Shown piece by piece: positions 9,326 to 20,201 of a stretch of 64,000 nucleotides of DNA (positions within the stretch are counted from its first letter, which is position 1; each line of letters begins with the position of its first letter). Below the pieces are notes generated by a model, which made no database searches, was not told where the DNA came from, and worked only from the letters and a program-made list of their open reading frames with translations. Position numbers and translations under genes: made by a program. This DNA is from Parcubacteria group bacterium GW2011_GWA1_40_21 (GTDB lineage Bacteria > Patescibacteriota > Minisyncoccia > Phycocordibacterales > GWA1-40-21). The stretch is taken from positions 3,077 to 67,076 of the forward strand of contig LBYO01000001.1 in the NCBI GenBank assembly GCA_000996205.1, read 5' to 3'.

Positions 9326-10513
9326 TTATGCCAAGTCGTATAATCTAGTCGTTTCCGAAACCATTTTTTCCAGACTAAACTCTTTATCAATTTTTTCTTT
9401 TAGCAACTTTGAAAAAATTTCTTTTTTATCGGGGTAATTTATAAAGTATTCTATCGCGTCGCTGATTTCTTTAGGTTTTTTAGGTTGAAGAAGTATTCCG
9501 GATTTCATATCGTCTATTATTTCAGAAATGCCGCCGACATTGCTGGCGATAATCGGCACTTCGGCTTTGCCGGCTTCAAGTATCGCGTAGGGCAGAGCCT
9601 CCGTTATGGAAGTTAAGGTGAAAATATCAAAAGCTTTGAGATAAGAAGAAGCGTTTTCCATGTTACCGACTAAAAAGACCGAATTTTCAAGTCCGTTTTT
9701 CTTAATGATATCTTCCAAGTTTTTCCTTTCCTCTCCTTCGCCCATTATTACGAAAATTATTTCTTTTGAACTTGGACGTTTCGTTTCCAAGTGCTTTTTA
9801 ATTGCTTCAATCGCGTATGTTAACCCTTTATTTCTATGCAGTTCGGAAATTGTTCCTATCCAAAGGGGTTCCGATTTTATTTTCTCTTTCACTTTTTCCG
9901 TCTGTGGGTATCTGATATCCACAAAGTGCTGGCGGGCTTTTTCTTTTTCAATAAATTCAATATCGCCTATTCCGTTATGAATGACGATCATCTTTTTCTT
10001 CATCAGACCCGCGCTCTTGAATTGCTCTTTGGCTTTTTCCGAGACGGCGATAGTCAAATGAGAAAAGGCGACAGTGATAAAATGCAAAATAGCTATGGCG
10101 AATTTCTGCAGAAAATTCCTGTCTTCATTGTATGCCCAGCCGTGCGCCGTGAAAATTATTTTTCTGACTCTCGCGATTCTTCCCGCCAGTCCGCCTATCC
10201 CTCCCATTTTTGAGCTGTTAAGATGAATGATGTCAGGCTTTTCTTTCCTGAAAATTTTGATTAGCTCAAAGAATGAAGAAATATCTTTTATGACACCCAC
10301 ATCTCTTTGGAGCGAGCTCACGGGAATTGTCCTTATTCCAAATGCCTCAAGTTTCTCTTTTAGTCTGCCATCGCCACCTAAAACAACAGCCGTTTCGTAC
10401 TTATCTTTAGGCAGATTTGTCGCCAGATCATAGACATATCTCTGGGCTCCGCCCCAATTAGACTTTGTGATGCAAAAAAGTATTTTTCGTTTTCGTTTTT
10501 CTGTTGATTCCAT
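9326..10513 (-). CDS. Glycosyltransferase family 4 (GT-B)
   Basis: GGAQRY, HLNSSK, EALPYAILEA, ASNVGGISE. Confidence 0.92.
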   Translation of the reverse strand: MESTEKRKRKILFCITKSNWGGAQRYVYDLATNLPKDKYETAVVLGGDGRLKEKLEAFGIRTIPVSSLQRDVGVIKDISSFFELIKIFRKEKPDIIHLNSSKMGGIGGLAGRIARVRKIIFTAHGWAYNEDRNFLQKFAIAILHFITVAFSHLTIAVSEKAKEQFKSAGLMKKKMIVIHNGIGDIEFIEKEKARQHFVDIRYPQTEKVKEKIKSEPLWIGTISELHRNKGLTYAIEAIKKHLETKRPSSKEIIFVIMGEGEERKNLEDIIKKNGLENSVFLVGNMENASSYLKAFDIFTLTSITEALPYAILEAGKAEVPIIASNVGGISEIIDDMKSGILLQPKKPKEISDAIEYFINYPDKKEIFSKLLKEKIDKEFSLEKMVSETTRLYDLA

Positions 10514-10734
10514 AATTATTCATTATATACTCATATTTTGATTAAATAAATTATATTCTAGTTTATAGGTTCTAGTGACTAGGCGATAAGAGAATTAAGA
10601 TAAATTTCTAATTTCCAATTGACCTAATTTCTAATAAAGTCCCAATTTCTAAAACCTACAACCTACTACCTACAAACTACAACCTTCTGCTCAAGTTGAA
10701 TTCCAGCCAAAAATCATTATACTTGTCGTTAAAT

Positions 10735-12050
10735 ATGAAAATACTGGACAGAAAAGAGCCCATATTGCTTTTTTTGGGCGATATATTGATTTTTACCCTT
10801 GCTTTGTGGCTTTCCTTGTCCATTAGAAACTTGGGTTTTCCGTCATTGGACGAATTCTATGATCACTTAACTCCGTTTTCTTTTATATTTTTAACTTGGC
10901 TTTTTTCTTTCTTTGTCGCCGGTCTTTACGAGAAACATACGGTGATGCTCAAGAGTAAATTGCCGAGCGTTATTTTAAACACTCAAATTTTCAACAGCAT
11001 CATAGCCGCGCTATTTTTCTATCTCATTCCTTATTTCGGCATCGCTCCGAAGACAATGCTCTTTATATATTTATTCGTCTCTTTCTGTCTTATCCTCGCG
11101 TGGAGAATTTACGGCGAACGGCTATAGGAAGTGGGGAAGAGATGAGGGATTTAAAACAAGAAGTGAATAATAATTCTCGCTATAGCTTGGAGTTTGTTTC
11201 TTCAATTGACCTTGATAAAATTGACAGTCTTGATTTTCAGAGCGAGATTCTGGACAGGGTGTACACGGAAGGTATTTCCATAATTGTGATTGACCTTTTG
11301 AACAAAAAAGTGGAACCGATACTGCCTCATCTCTACAACCTCATATTTTCCAAAATAAAATTCGTGGATATGCACAAAATCTACGAAGATATTTTTGACC
11401 GCGTGCCTCTTTCTCTTTTGAAATACAATTGGTTTCTTGAAAATATATCTTTTGCCCAGAAGATCGGCTACGACGCTTTCAAGAGAGGCATGGACATATT
11501 CTTGTCGCTTATTCTCGGAACGGCATCGCTCATATTTTATCCGTTCGTGATTTTATCAATAAAACTTGATGATGGCGGGCCGATTTTCATAACTCAAGAA
11601 AGAGTGGGGCAGAACAATAAAATTATAAAAATAATGAAATTCAGAAGTATGAGCGTTAATGACGACGGTATTGCTGAAAAAGGAAAAGAGCAGAAAATAA
11701 CCAGAGCGGGGCGGTTTTTGAGAAAAACTAGAATTGATGAACTACCCCAGCTTTGGAGCATACTCAAAGGCGATATGTCGCTTGTCGGGCCACGGCCGGA
11801 AATGCCTTCGCTTGTAAGATTATACGAAAAAGAAATTCCTTATTACAATATCCGCCATCTCATAAAGCCCGGACTTTCCGGCTGGGCCCAGCTTTATCAC
11901 CGCACTCCGCCTAAATTTGATGCGAGCAGTAACGAAACAAAAATCAAACTTTCCTACGACCTTTATTACATCAAAAATCATTCTTTTTTGCTTGATTTAA
12001 AAATCGCCCTTAAAACTTTGAAAGCCCTACTATCTAGGAGTGGGGTGTAA
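10735..12050 (+). CDS. Polyprenyl glycosylphosphotransferase (WcaJ/WbaP-like), frame broken near 11120
   Basis: N-terminal TM ORF plus C-terminal KFRSM, RIDELPQ, GDMSLVGPRPE, KPGLSGWAQ. The break is probably an assembly deletion. Confidence 0.85.
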
Positions 12051-12287
12051 TTTAAATAAGTAGAAAGTCCAGTCCATAAAGTTATCAAGTTTATAAAGTT
12101 AGAACAGAGAGTGATAAAAAATAATTCATCTGCGCTTTACAAACTTGATAACTTTACTTTGAATTACGAAACTCTCGTTTTCCGTCTTTGCGAGTCGGTA
12201 TTCCGACGTGGCAATCCAGAGTTTATCGCGTGTAACCATAGATTGCCACGCTTCGCTCGCAATGACGACATAAGAATATATACAGTT

Positions 12288-12435
12288 TCGTAATTCAAAG
12301 TAAAGTAATAAAAACAAGCAATCGAGCAAGTCTATTTTGGACATCCGATGTCCAAAATGCGTCGTAATTCAAAGTAAAGTAATAAAAACAAGCAATCGAG
12401 CAAGTCTATTTTGGACATCCGATGTCCAAAATGCG
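12288..12435. repeat. Exact 74-bp tandem duplication containing the palindrome TTTTGGACATCCGATGTCCAAAA
   Basis: 12288-12361 is identical to 12362-12435. Confidence 0.85.
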
Positions 12436-12532
12436 GATTCCATTCTCTATTACTTTATAACTTTAAGAACTTGATGAACTTTATAACTAAAAAAAATTTG
12501 CCAACAGGCAAAAAATATATATACTAGACCTT

Positions 12533-13867
12533 ATGTTTAAATACAGAATATGGGCTCTGGTGTTAATATTTATATCCGCGGGGATTGGCTATTTTGTCTA
12601 TTCAACTGAAAATAAAGATTCGTCGCTTAAGTTTAAATTAGGACTGGACTTGAATGGTGGAACGGAGCTTGTATATAGAGCCGATACTTCCAAGGTTGAC
12701 CCTAAAGACATAAGAGATAGGATGTTAGCCCTCCGCGATGTGATAGAAAAGAGAGTCAACCCTTTCGGAGTCGGCGAACAGATTGTTCAAATTGAAAAGG
12801 CGGGAGTCTTGGGAAGCAATCAAGAAAATAGACTCATTGTCGCTTTGCCCGGAATCACTAATGTGGAAGAGGCGAAAGAAAGAATAGGCAAGACGCCACT
12901 TTTGGAATTCAAGCTGATTAAGCCGGAAGTTTCTAAGTTGAAGCCGGAAGAGATTGAAAAGAAAACTGTTGACGAACTTTTTACTGACACGGGACTTACA
13001 GGCAGATTGCTGAAAAACGCTTCTCTTGAATTCGGCGATACTTTAAACGAGCCGATGGTGGCACTCCAATTCAACAGTGAAGGAGAGGAACTTTTTGCGA
13101 AAATCACTAAAGAAAATGTCGATGAAACATTAGCCATCTTTTTGGACGGAAATTTGATATCAAGGCCGGTGATAAGAGAAGAAATAAGAGGAGGGAGGGC
13201 GACAATCTCCGGAGGATTCACGGGCCAGAGCGGTTTGAAAGAAGCCAGAGATCTTGTGGCGAATCTCAATCTCGGCGCGCTTCCAGTCCCCATTGAAGGA
13301 GTATCCACCCAAACTGTCGGCGCCTCTCTCGGTTCAGAAGCATTGAATGCGGGGATTAAAGCCGGAGTCTACGCTTTTATAATCATCGCCATATTTCTTA
13401 TAATCTGGTACAGAGTGCCGGGACTTCTTGCTGTGCTGTCTCTTTCCGCTTATGTTGCTATAAACCTTGCTCTTTACAAAATCATTCCCGTTACTATGAC
13501 TTCGGCGGGAATCGCCGGCTTCATTCTTTCCGTCGGGATGGCGGTAGACGCGAACATTCTCATCTTTGAGAGAATGAGGGAAGAATTGAAGAGAGGGAGA
13601 GGGCTGGAAGAAGCGATGAAAGAAGGGTTCAGCCGCGCGTGGCTTTCTATTCGCGACAGCAATATTTCCAGCATTATCACGGCGTTAGTCCTTTTCATAT
13701 TTTCCAGCAATTCAATAGTGAAAGGCTTCGCGCTTGTGTTTGGAATCGGCGTCGGTGTCAGCATGTTCACGGCGATTACCGTTTCCAGGACTTTCCTTTT
13801 TGCGGTTAAAAGCCGAGGCGAAGGAAGACTGGCGAGGTTTTTATTCAGTAGCGGAATTAGAAATTAA
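12533..13867 (+). CDS. secD: Protein translocase subunit SecD
   Basis: LGLDLNGG, GMAVDANILIFERMREE, IRDSN. Confidence 0.97.
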   Translation: MFKYRIWALVLIFISAGIGYFVYSTENKDSSLKFKLGLDLNGGTELVYRADTSKVDPKDIRDRMLALRDVIEKRVNPFGVGEQIVQIEKAGVLGSNQENRLIVALPGITNVEEAKERIGKTPLLEFKLIKPEVSKLKPEEIEKKTVDELFTDTGLTGRLLKNASLEFGDTLNEPMVALQFNSEGEELFAKITKENVDETLAIFLDGNLISRPVIREEIRGGRATISGGFTGQSGLKEARDLVANLNLGALPVPIEGVSTQTVGASLGSEALNAGIKAGVYAFIIIAIFLIIWYRVPGLLAVLSLSAYVAINLALYKIIPVTMTSAGIAGFILSVGMAVDANILIFERMREELKRGRGLEEAMKEGFSRAWLSIRDSNISSIITALVLFIFSSNSIVKGFALVFGIGVGVSMFTAITVSRTFLFAVKSRGEGRLARFLFSSGIRN

Positions 13868-13966
13868 AAAGAAGGTTGTAGACATTAGGTAGTAGGTTGT
13901 AGGGAAGAAATTAATTTCTTAACTCAAAAACCTACCACCTACAACCTACCACCTACAACCTAAACA

Positions 13967-14875
13967 ATGTTTATCATCAAATACAGAAAAATATTTTACG
14001 CCTTGTCGGGAATTTTAACGGCATTGTCCGTCGGAGCTCTTTTCGTTTGGGGGCTTAATCTGGGGATAGATTTTAAAGGCGGGGCAATCGTGGAAGTTTC
14101 TTATCTTGAGGGTCGGCCGGAAATCAGCGCGGTAAAAGAAAATTTGGATAAGTTGTCTTTAGGGTCATATTCGCTTCAGCCTGCCGGCAGCGATAGCTTT
14201 ATCTTGAGAAGCAGAGTGATAAACGACGCGGAGAGACCCTTGATTCAAGAATCCTTTTCGCTCAAAGGCGCGGAAAAAGTTGAAGTAAAAAGATTTAACT
14301 CTATAGGTCCGGTTTTAGGCAAAGAGGCCGCGATAAAATCAATAATTTCCATTTTAATCGTAATATTCTGCATCGTGATTTTTATAGCTTTCGCTTTCAG
14401 AAAAGTTTCGGAACCCGTCTCTTCTTGGAAATACGGTTTCATAGCAATCATAGCTCTTTTGCATGATGTGCTTGTGCCGACGGGAGTCTTTGCCGTTCTC
14501 GGATATTATTACGGTTATGAAATTGACACCCTTTTTGTCACCGCCCTCCTTGTCGTTTTGGGTTTCTCAATACACGATACCATTGTCGTATTTGACAGAG
14601 TCAGAGAAAATTTGAATTTGTCCCGAGGATACAGAGAGAAAAAGTCATTTGATAAAATCGTCGGCGAGAGTGTTAGCCAAACTTTTACCAGATCAATCAA
14701 CACATCTCTCACGACCGTTTTGGCTCTTGTCGCTCTTTACATATTCGGCGCGGAATCAACAAAGCATTTCTCCCTCGCCCTTATAATTGGAATTACTGCC
14801 GGCACATACTCCTCAATCTTTCTAGGCTCGCCTCTTCTCGTCACTTTTGAAAAATGGCAGAATAGAAAAAAATAG
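13967..14875 (+). CDS. secF: Protein translocase subunit SecF
   Basis: LGIDFKGG, DTIVVFDRVREN, RSINTSLTT, GTYSS. Confidence 0.97.
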   Translation: MFIIKYRKIFYALSGILTALSVGALFVWGLNLGIDFKGGAIVEVSYLEGRPEISAVKENLDKLSLGSYSLQPAGSDSFILRSRVINDAERPLIQESFSLKGAEKVEVKRFNSIGPVLGKEAAIKSIISILIVIFCIVIFIAFAFRKVSEPVSSWKYGFIAIIALLHDVLVPTGVFAVLGYYYGYEIDTLFVTALLVVLGFSIHDTIVVFDRVRENLNLSRGYREKKSFDKIVGESVSQTFTRSINTSLTTVLALVALYIFGAESTKHFSLALIIGITAGTYSSIFLGSPLLVTFEKWQNRKK

Positions 14876-14934
14876 TAGACAGCCTCGTTTAAATCCTGTC
14901 TTAGTTTGAATTTTGAATATTGTATAATCGCTAC

Positions 14935-16734
14935 ATGAATAAAAAAATAAAAACGAGCTGGGATTTGAACCTTCTCTTTAGTGGTTCTGATTCCGATCTG
15001 GAAAAAGATAAAAAAATCGTCAGTGAAAAGAGTAGCGGATTTATAGATAAGTGGAAGGACAGAAATGATTATCTCAAAGACCCTTCCGTTTTAAAGAAAG
15101 CTCTTGATGAGTATGAGTATTTAAATAGAAATTTCGGCACCTCCGGGAATGCCGGTTTCTATTTTGAACTTAAGTCAAGTCTTGATCAAAACGACCCCAA
15201 GATAAAAGCGAAATTCAAAAATATTCATGATTTTTCCGTCAAAATTGGAAATGATCTGCAGTTCTTTGAACATAATATCGCCAAAATTTCCCCGAATAAT
15301 CAAACCCAGTTCTTGAATTACAAAGGGCTCAGAGAATACCGGCATTTTTTGGAAAGGCTATTTAAGCAATCCAGATATATTTTGAGTGATGTGGAAGAAA
15401 AAATTTTAAATCTCAAGCAAGCAACTTCTCATAGCAATTGGATAAGAATGGTTTCCGGTTTTTTGTCCAAAGAAGAAAGAATGGTGGTGACTGAAAAAGG
15501 AAAAAAAGAAAATAAGAATTTTTCCGAGATAATGAAATTAATAAATAGTAGCAACAAAAAAGTCAGGGCTTCTGCCGCAGAAGCCCTTAACGACATATTG
15601 GACAAAAATAAAGATGTGGCGGAAAATGAGATTAATTCTGTCTTAGCCAACAAAAAGATAAATGACGATTTGAGGAAGATGGAGCGCCCTGATTTGGCAA
15701 GACATCTCGATGACGACATAGAGAGCGAAGTAGTGGACACTCTGATTTCGGTCGTTTCATCCAGCTTTAATATTTCTAGAAAATATTACGCGCTTAAAGC
15801 CAAGCTGATGGGGGTAAAGAGATTGGAATACCATGAGAGAAATGTTGAATACGGGAAATTATCCGCAAAGTATCCGCACGATAAGTCTGTCGATTTGATC
15901 CGCCGCGTCTTCTCATATTTGGATAAGAATTTTTCCGATATCTTTGATAATTGGGTCTCGCAAGGTCAGGTTGATTTTTTTCCTAAGAAAAGCAAAAGAG
16001 ACGGCGCTTTTTGCGCCAGTGATCTTATTTCACAACCCGGTTATGTATTGCTTAACTACGCTGAAACTCTTGACGATGTTTTGACTTTTGCTCATGAGAT
16101 GGGGCATGCGATAAACAGCGAGCTTCAAAAAAGAGCTCAAAACTCTCTCAATTTCGGAACACCCAAGTCAACAGCGGAAGTGGCCAGCACTTTTATGGAA
16201 GATTTTATTTTAAAGGAATTGGAGAAAGAATCTGATGATGAAATGAAGCTTGCTCTGATGGTTCATAAGTTGAATAGCGACATTTCCACAATTTTTCGCC
16301 AAATAGCCTGTTATATGCTTGAACAAGAATTGCATAAACAGTTCAGAGAAAAGGGCTATCTGTCAAAAGAAGAAATCGGAAAATTATTTCAAAAACATAT
16401 GTCTGCTTATATGGGGCATGCCGTCATTCAGTCTCAAGGTTCGGAAAACTGGTGGATTCATTGGGGACATATCAGAAACTTTTTCTACAATTATTCCTAT
16501 GCTAGCGGACTGCTCATCTCAAAAGCTATGCAAGCCCGCTATGCGGAAGACCATTCCTTCATTAGTAAAGTTAAGGAATTTTTATCCGCAGGCACTTCCG
16601 ATTCGCCAAAAAACATATTCAAAAAAATGAGCATAGACATAACAGACAAGAAATTCTGGGAGAGCGGATTGGGTAAAATAGAAGAAGATCTAAAAGCCGC
16701 CGAAAAATTGGCCAAAAAACTTGGAAAGATATAA
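14935..16734 (+). CDS. pepF: Oligoendopeptidase F (M3B)
   Basis: SWDL N-terminus, GAFC, HEMGH, AEVASTF. Confidence 0.9.
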   Translation: MNKKIKTSWDLNLLFSGSDSDLEKDKKIVSEKSSGFIDKWKDRNDYLKDPSVLKKALDEYEYLNRNFGTSGNAGFYFELKSSLDQNDPKIKAKFKNIHDFSVKIGNDLQFFEHNIAKISPNNQTQFLNYKGLREYRHFLERLFKQSRYILSDVEEKILNLKQATSHSNWIRMVSGFLSKEERMVVTEKGKKENKNFSEIMKLINSSNKKVRASAAEALNDILDKNKDVAENEINSVLANKKINDDLRKMERPDLARHLDDDIESEVVDTLISVVSSSFNISRKYYALKAKLMGVKRLEYHERNVEYGKLSAKYPHDKSVDLIRRVFSYLDKNFSDIFDNWVSQGQVDFFPKKSKRDGAFCASDLISQPGYVLLNYAETLDDVLTFAHEMGHAINSELQKRAQNSLNFGTPKSTAEVASTFMEDFILKELEKESDDEMKLALMVHKLNSDISTIFRQIACYMLEQELHKQFREKGYLSKEEIGKLFQKHMSAYMGHAVIQSQGSENWWIHWGHIRNFFYNYSYASGLLISKAMQARYAEDHSFISKVKEFLSAGTSDSPKNIFKKMSIDITDKKFWESGLGKIEEDLKAAEKLAKKLGKI

Positions 16735-16860
16735 TCGTCTTATGAAATTTTATAAATAGTCAAAAACCTTGACGAATTAGGTAAATTGTGCATAATCTAA
16801 AGTAGAAAATACTTGTAATTTTAATCAGTTTTAATCTTTCAGAACTTAATAAAGGAGAGC

Positions 16861-17469
16861 GTGAAAATGAAGATGACAAGAGAAATTGCTGAAGAATTGG
16901 TTGAGTCATTGAAGAACCATTCCGGAATAATTTCTATGGTTGAAACAAAATTTATTGAATTGCTGACTTCTTTAGAAATAGACCGTAATTCAAAAAAATT
17001 TTACATAGATCTTCCGGATGATGATAAATATCAGCAACTACTTGAAGACGAAGAGTCAAGAAAATACCATTTCCTGTCGATTCGGCGGATCTTGATAAAC
17101 AAAAATGCTGTTCACAATGTATCTTTGATCAAAAAAATCTGGGGCAGTTTAATATCAAAGATAAGATGGTCTTCAAATGTCTTTGTTCGGAATATAAGGC
17201 TAAATAAAAAAATAGCTAAATTTTTAGCTGAAAACAAAAGCCAATTTTCTTTATTGGCGAAACTGCAGACTTATGACTACCGAAACAAAAAAGAGGTGTT
17301 GTTCACAAGATCCCAACCGATTTTAGCAGTGCCGAACGCGAAAGAAGATGAAATTAAAATCATTGAGGGTTGGGAGAAAAAGAATACATTCTATGAAGAA
17401 GAAATCGGTTTCCTCTCCTTTAGATACCCCAGAAGGATCAGTTTTAAAAAATATAGCGCTTGCTCGTAA
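16861..17469 (+). CDS. Hypothetical protein
   Basis: 202-aa ORF with AAAGGAG upstream, an upstream promoter-like sequence and a downstream hairpin. Confidence 0.7.
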   Translation: MKMKMTREIAEELVESLKNHSGIISMVETKFIELLTSLEIDRNSKKFYIDLPDDDKYQQLLEDEESRKYHFLSIRRILINKNAVHNVSLIKKIWGSLISKIRWSSNVFVRNIRLNKKIAKFLAENKSQFSLLAKLQTYDYRNKKEVLFTRSQPILAVPNAKEDEIKIIEGWEKKNTFYEEEIGFLSFRYPRRISFKKYSACS

Positions 17470-17531
17470 GATTATTAATACCCACGGAGATCAATTGATT
17501 TCCGTGGGTATTGTTAATTGACGCATTGCTA

Positions 17532-17559
17532 TTGACTCGCATTTGATTATGTATATAAT
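17532..17559 (+). promoter_or_regulatory. Putative sigma70 promoter of the 16S gene
   Basis: TTGACT-16 nt-TATAAT, followed by boxA-like GTACTTTGAAA near 17589. Confidence 0.6.
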
Positions 17560-18056
17560 GTCTAAATCCTTGAAAATTCAAGGGTAGTGTACTTTGAAAT
17601 GAAATAATATTTGAACGTATTTACTAAGTCCTTTCGTCCCTGCTTAAGACGCGGGAATGAAAGGCAGATTATACGTGCAAGTCCAAACATATTTTTTTGT
17701 CCGCCGTTTTTTAAAAACAGGCGGAACAATGATTCAACTTATTAAAAAAGTGGCTAGGATTATTAAACTGCAGTTGGAATAAATAAAAAGATTTAATATC
17801 CTTTATTTTGTTCCGTTCAACTTTGTCCGCTTCTTTTATTTTATTCGCTTCGGTGAATAAAATAAAAGAAGCGGCAATTTATATTTAGAGTTTGATCCTA
17901 GCTCAGGATGAACGCTGGCGGCGTGGGTAAGGCATGCAAGTCAAACGGTTGAGTGCTAGCAATAGCGCTCAGCAGTGGCGAACGAGGTAGTAATAAGCAG
18001 GTACGAACCGAGAAGTCAGGAATAGTCCGCCGAAAGGCGGGTTAATACTTGATGGT

Positions 18057-18186
18057 CTGAGCATCTCACAAAGGTTCGATGCAGTTAAAAGTCTATAAAG
18101 TCATAAAGTCTATAAAGTCGGAATTTGTTTCCACTTTACAGACTTTCGACTTTAAGGACTGCACCGAGGTTTTGCGAGGTGCTTAG
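18057..18186 (+). other. Hairpin insertion in 16S V2 region
   Basis: CTGAGCATCTC pairs with GAGGTGCTTAG; internal TAAAGTC/GACTTT repeats. Confidence 0.85.
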
Positions 18187-18751
18187 TAAAGATTTATCGC
18201 TTCTTGATCGGCCTGTTCGATATCAGCTAGTTGGTAGGGTAATGGCCTACCAAGGCTATGACGTCTAGGGGAGCTGAGAGGCTGACCCCCACCGATGGAA
18301 CTGAGACACGGTCCATACACCTACGGGTGGCCGCAGTCGAGAATCTTCCGCAATGGGCGAAAGCCTGACGGAGCGACGCCGCGTGATTGATGAAGTCCTT
18401 AGGGATGTAAAAATCTTTTATGAGGGAGGAAGTTTATTGACGTTACCTCATGAATAAGGGGTTGCAAAACTCGTGCCAGCAGCAGCGGTAATACGAGTGC
18501 CCCGAGCGTTATCCGGAATCATTGGGCGTAAAGGATGTGTAGGCGGTCTTGTTAGTCTTTTGTTAAGGCTCCCGGCTTAACCGGGAAAATGCAAAGGAAA
18601 CGGCAAGACTTGAGGGTGCGAGGGGTCTATGGAACTCATGGTGTAGGGGTGAAATCTGTTGATATCATGGGGAACACCAAAAGCGAAGGCAATAGACTGG
18701 AGCATTCCTGACGCTGAAACATGAAAGCGTGGGTAGCGAATGGGATTAGAT

Positions 18752-19420
18752 AAACGCTCATCCCGATGAACATCGGGATTCGCTTCTGTGAAAGGAGGCG
18801 GAGAGCAAATGTCTCATCTGTTGGCAACAATAGAAAGTAAATTTGTCCCGATTTTGATTGCCAAAAGCAATGACAAAATCGAGGATCCCGATAAGCGTAA
18901 GCGACATCGGGAGCTATATGCTGGAAACTCTGCGAATGCGAGAGTACCGAAAGGTGACAATCTCTCGACGATGCAGACAATCAGCAGGGAAGATTTGCAA
19001 ACTGTATTAAGGAAAAGTTCTTTGGGTGGGGGCAGAAATAGGCACTATATCAAGGGAATGGGTGAATAATTAAGGCAACCTGTCCGGAAGGTTGATTACA
19101 CTTAGTTATTCGCAAAAATGATTCTTCAAGAGAAGAATATAGAACATTCCAATTTAATGGTATAGACGGGTTCGATTCCCGTTGCCTCCACCAATAATAA
19201 GTTTTATTACTTATTTCCTTAATATAGTTTGCAAAAACCCTCAGAGACTACATGCCAAACCCCCTCCTCAGATTTTTTGAAAAAATCTGAGGAGGGGTGA
19301 AGATATAGTCCGAACTGCATAGCGATATGCAGAGCGAAGCAGAAATGACTTCGCCGTCAGCAAGATTTTAGATTTAAATTTTTAGATTTAAGTTTCAATT
19401 TTGTTGTCGCAACAAAATTG
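18752..19420 (+). mobile_element. Group I intron S793 without an endonuclease
   Basis: Interrupts GGATTAGAT|ACCCCAGTAG. P ATATGCTGGAAACTC, Q AATCAGCAGGGAAG, R TCAGAGACTA, S GAAGATATAGTCC, terminal G. Confidence 0.93.
19028..19193 (+). ncRNA. Miniature tmRNA-like (tRNA-like domain) RNA nested in intron S793
   Basis: Acceptor GGGGGCA/TGCCTCC-A-CCA with G3-U70; T arm ACGGG-TTCGATT-CCCGT; no D stem; long helix CTATATC/GGTATAG then GGAATG/CATTCC. Confidence 0.75.
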
Positions 19421-19705
19421 ACCCCAGTAGTCCACGCCCTAAACTATCTTCTCTGGCTTTTCGGAGTATCGACCCTCTGAGAGGCGAAGCTAACGCGTTA
19501 AGAGAAGCGCCTGGGTAGTACGACCGCAAGGTTAAAACTCAAAGGAATAGACGGGGACTTGCACAAGCGGTGGATCATGTGGTTTATCACAAGGACGGTT
19601 AGACAGGTGATGCATGGCCGTCGTCAGTTCGTGGTTTGAATTGTTCCCTTAAGTGGGGTAACGAACGCAACCCTCGTTGCCTGTTATAAGTGTCAGGCGA
19701 GACTG

Positions 19706-19888
19706 CCCCCGATTTTGAGCAGAAGCTTAAAATCGAGTTATAAAGTTGAAAGTTATTCCGCCTAGGGCGGATCCTCTTTCGGAGGAAAAGTTCATAAAGT
19801 AAAGTAAGAGAATTTAATTTCCGACTTTTAAACTTTACAAACTTGATAAACTTTTTACTTTGATTTTGCTTCCGAGCAAAATCGGGGG
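19706..19888 (+). other. Hairpin insertion in 16S helix 40
   Basis: CCCCCGATTTTG pairs with CAAAATCGGGGG between GAGACTG and AGGAAGG; AAAGTT/AACTTT repeats inside. Confidence 0.85.
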
Positions 19889-20201
19889 AGGAAGGCGAGG
19901 ATGACGCCAGGTCAGCATGTCCCTCTGATACCCTGGGCTACACACGTGATACAATGGCCGTTACAACGGGACGCAATGCCGAGAGGCGGAGCAAATCCTT
20001 ATAAAAGCGGCCTAAGTTCGGATTGAGGTCTGCAACTCGACCTCATGAAGCTGGAATCGCTAGTAATCACAGGTCAGCTATACTGTGGTGAATACGTTCT
20101 CAAGTCTTGTACTCACCGCCCGTCAACTCAAGGGAGTCGGAAGTACCCGAAGTCTGCCATTAGGCGGCCTACGGTAAGTTCGATGACAGGGAGTAAGTCG
20201 T

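Noticed and set aside
11100-11130. Split sugar transferase as phase variation
   Set aside because: No homopolymer or repeat tract at the break; it looks like a short deletion or assembly error.
18788-19069. 93-aa ORF in intron S793 as a homing endonuclease
   Set aside because: No LAGLIDADG, HNH or GIY-YIG motif, and it runs across the ribozyme core.
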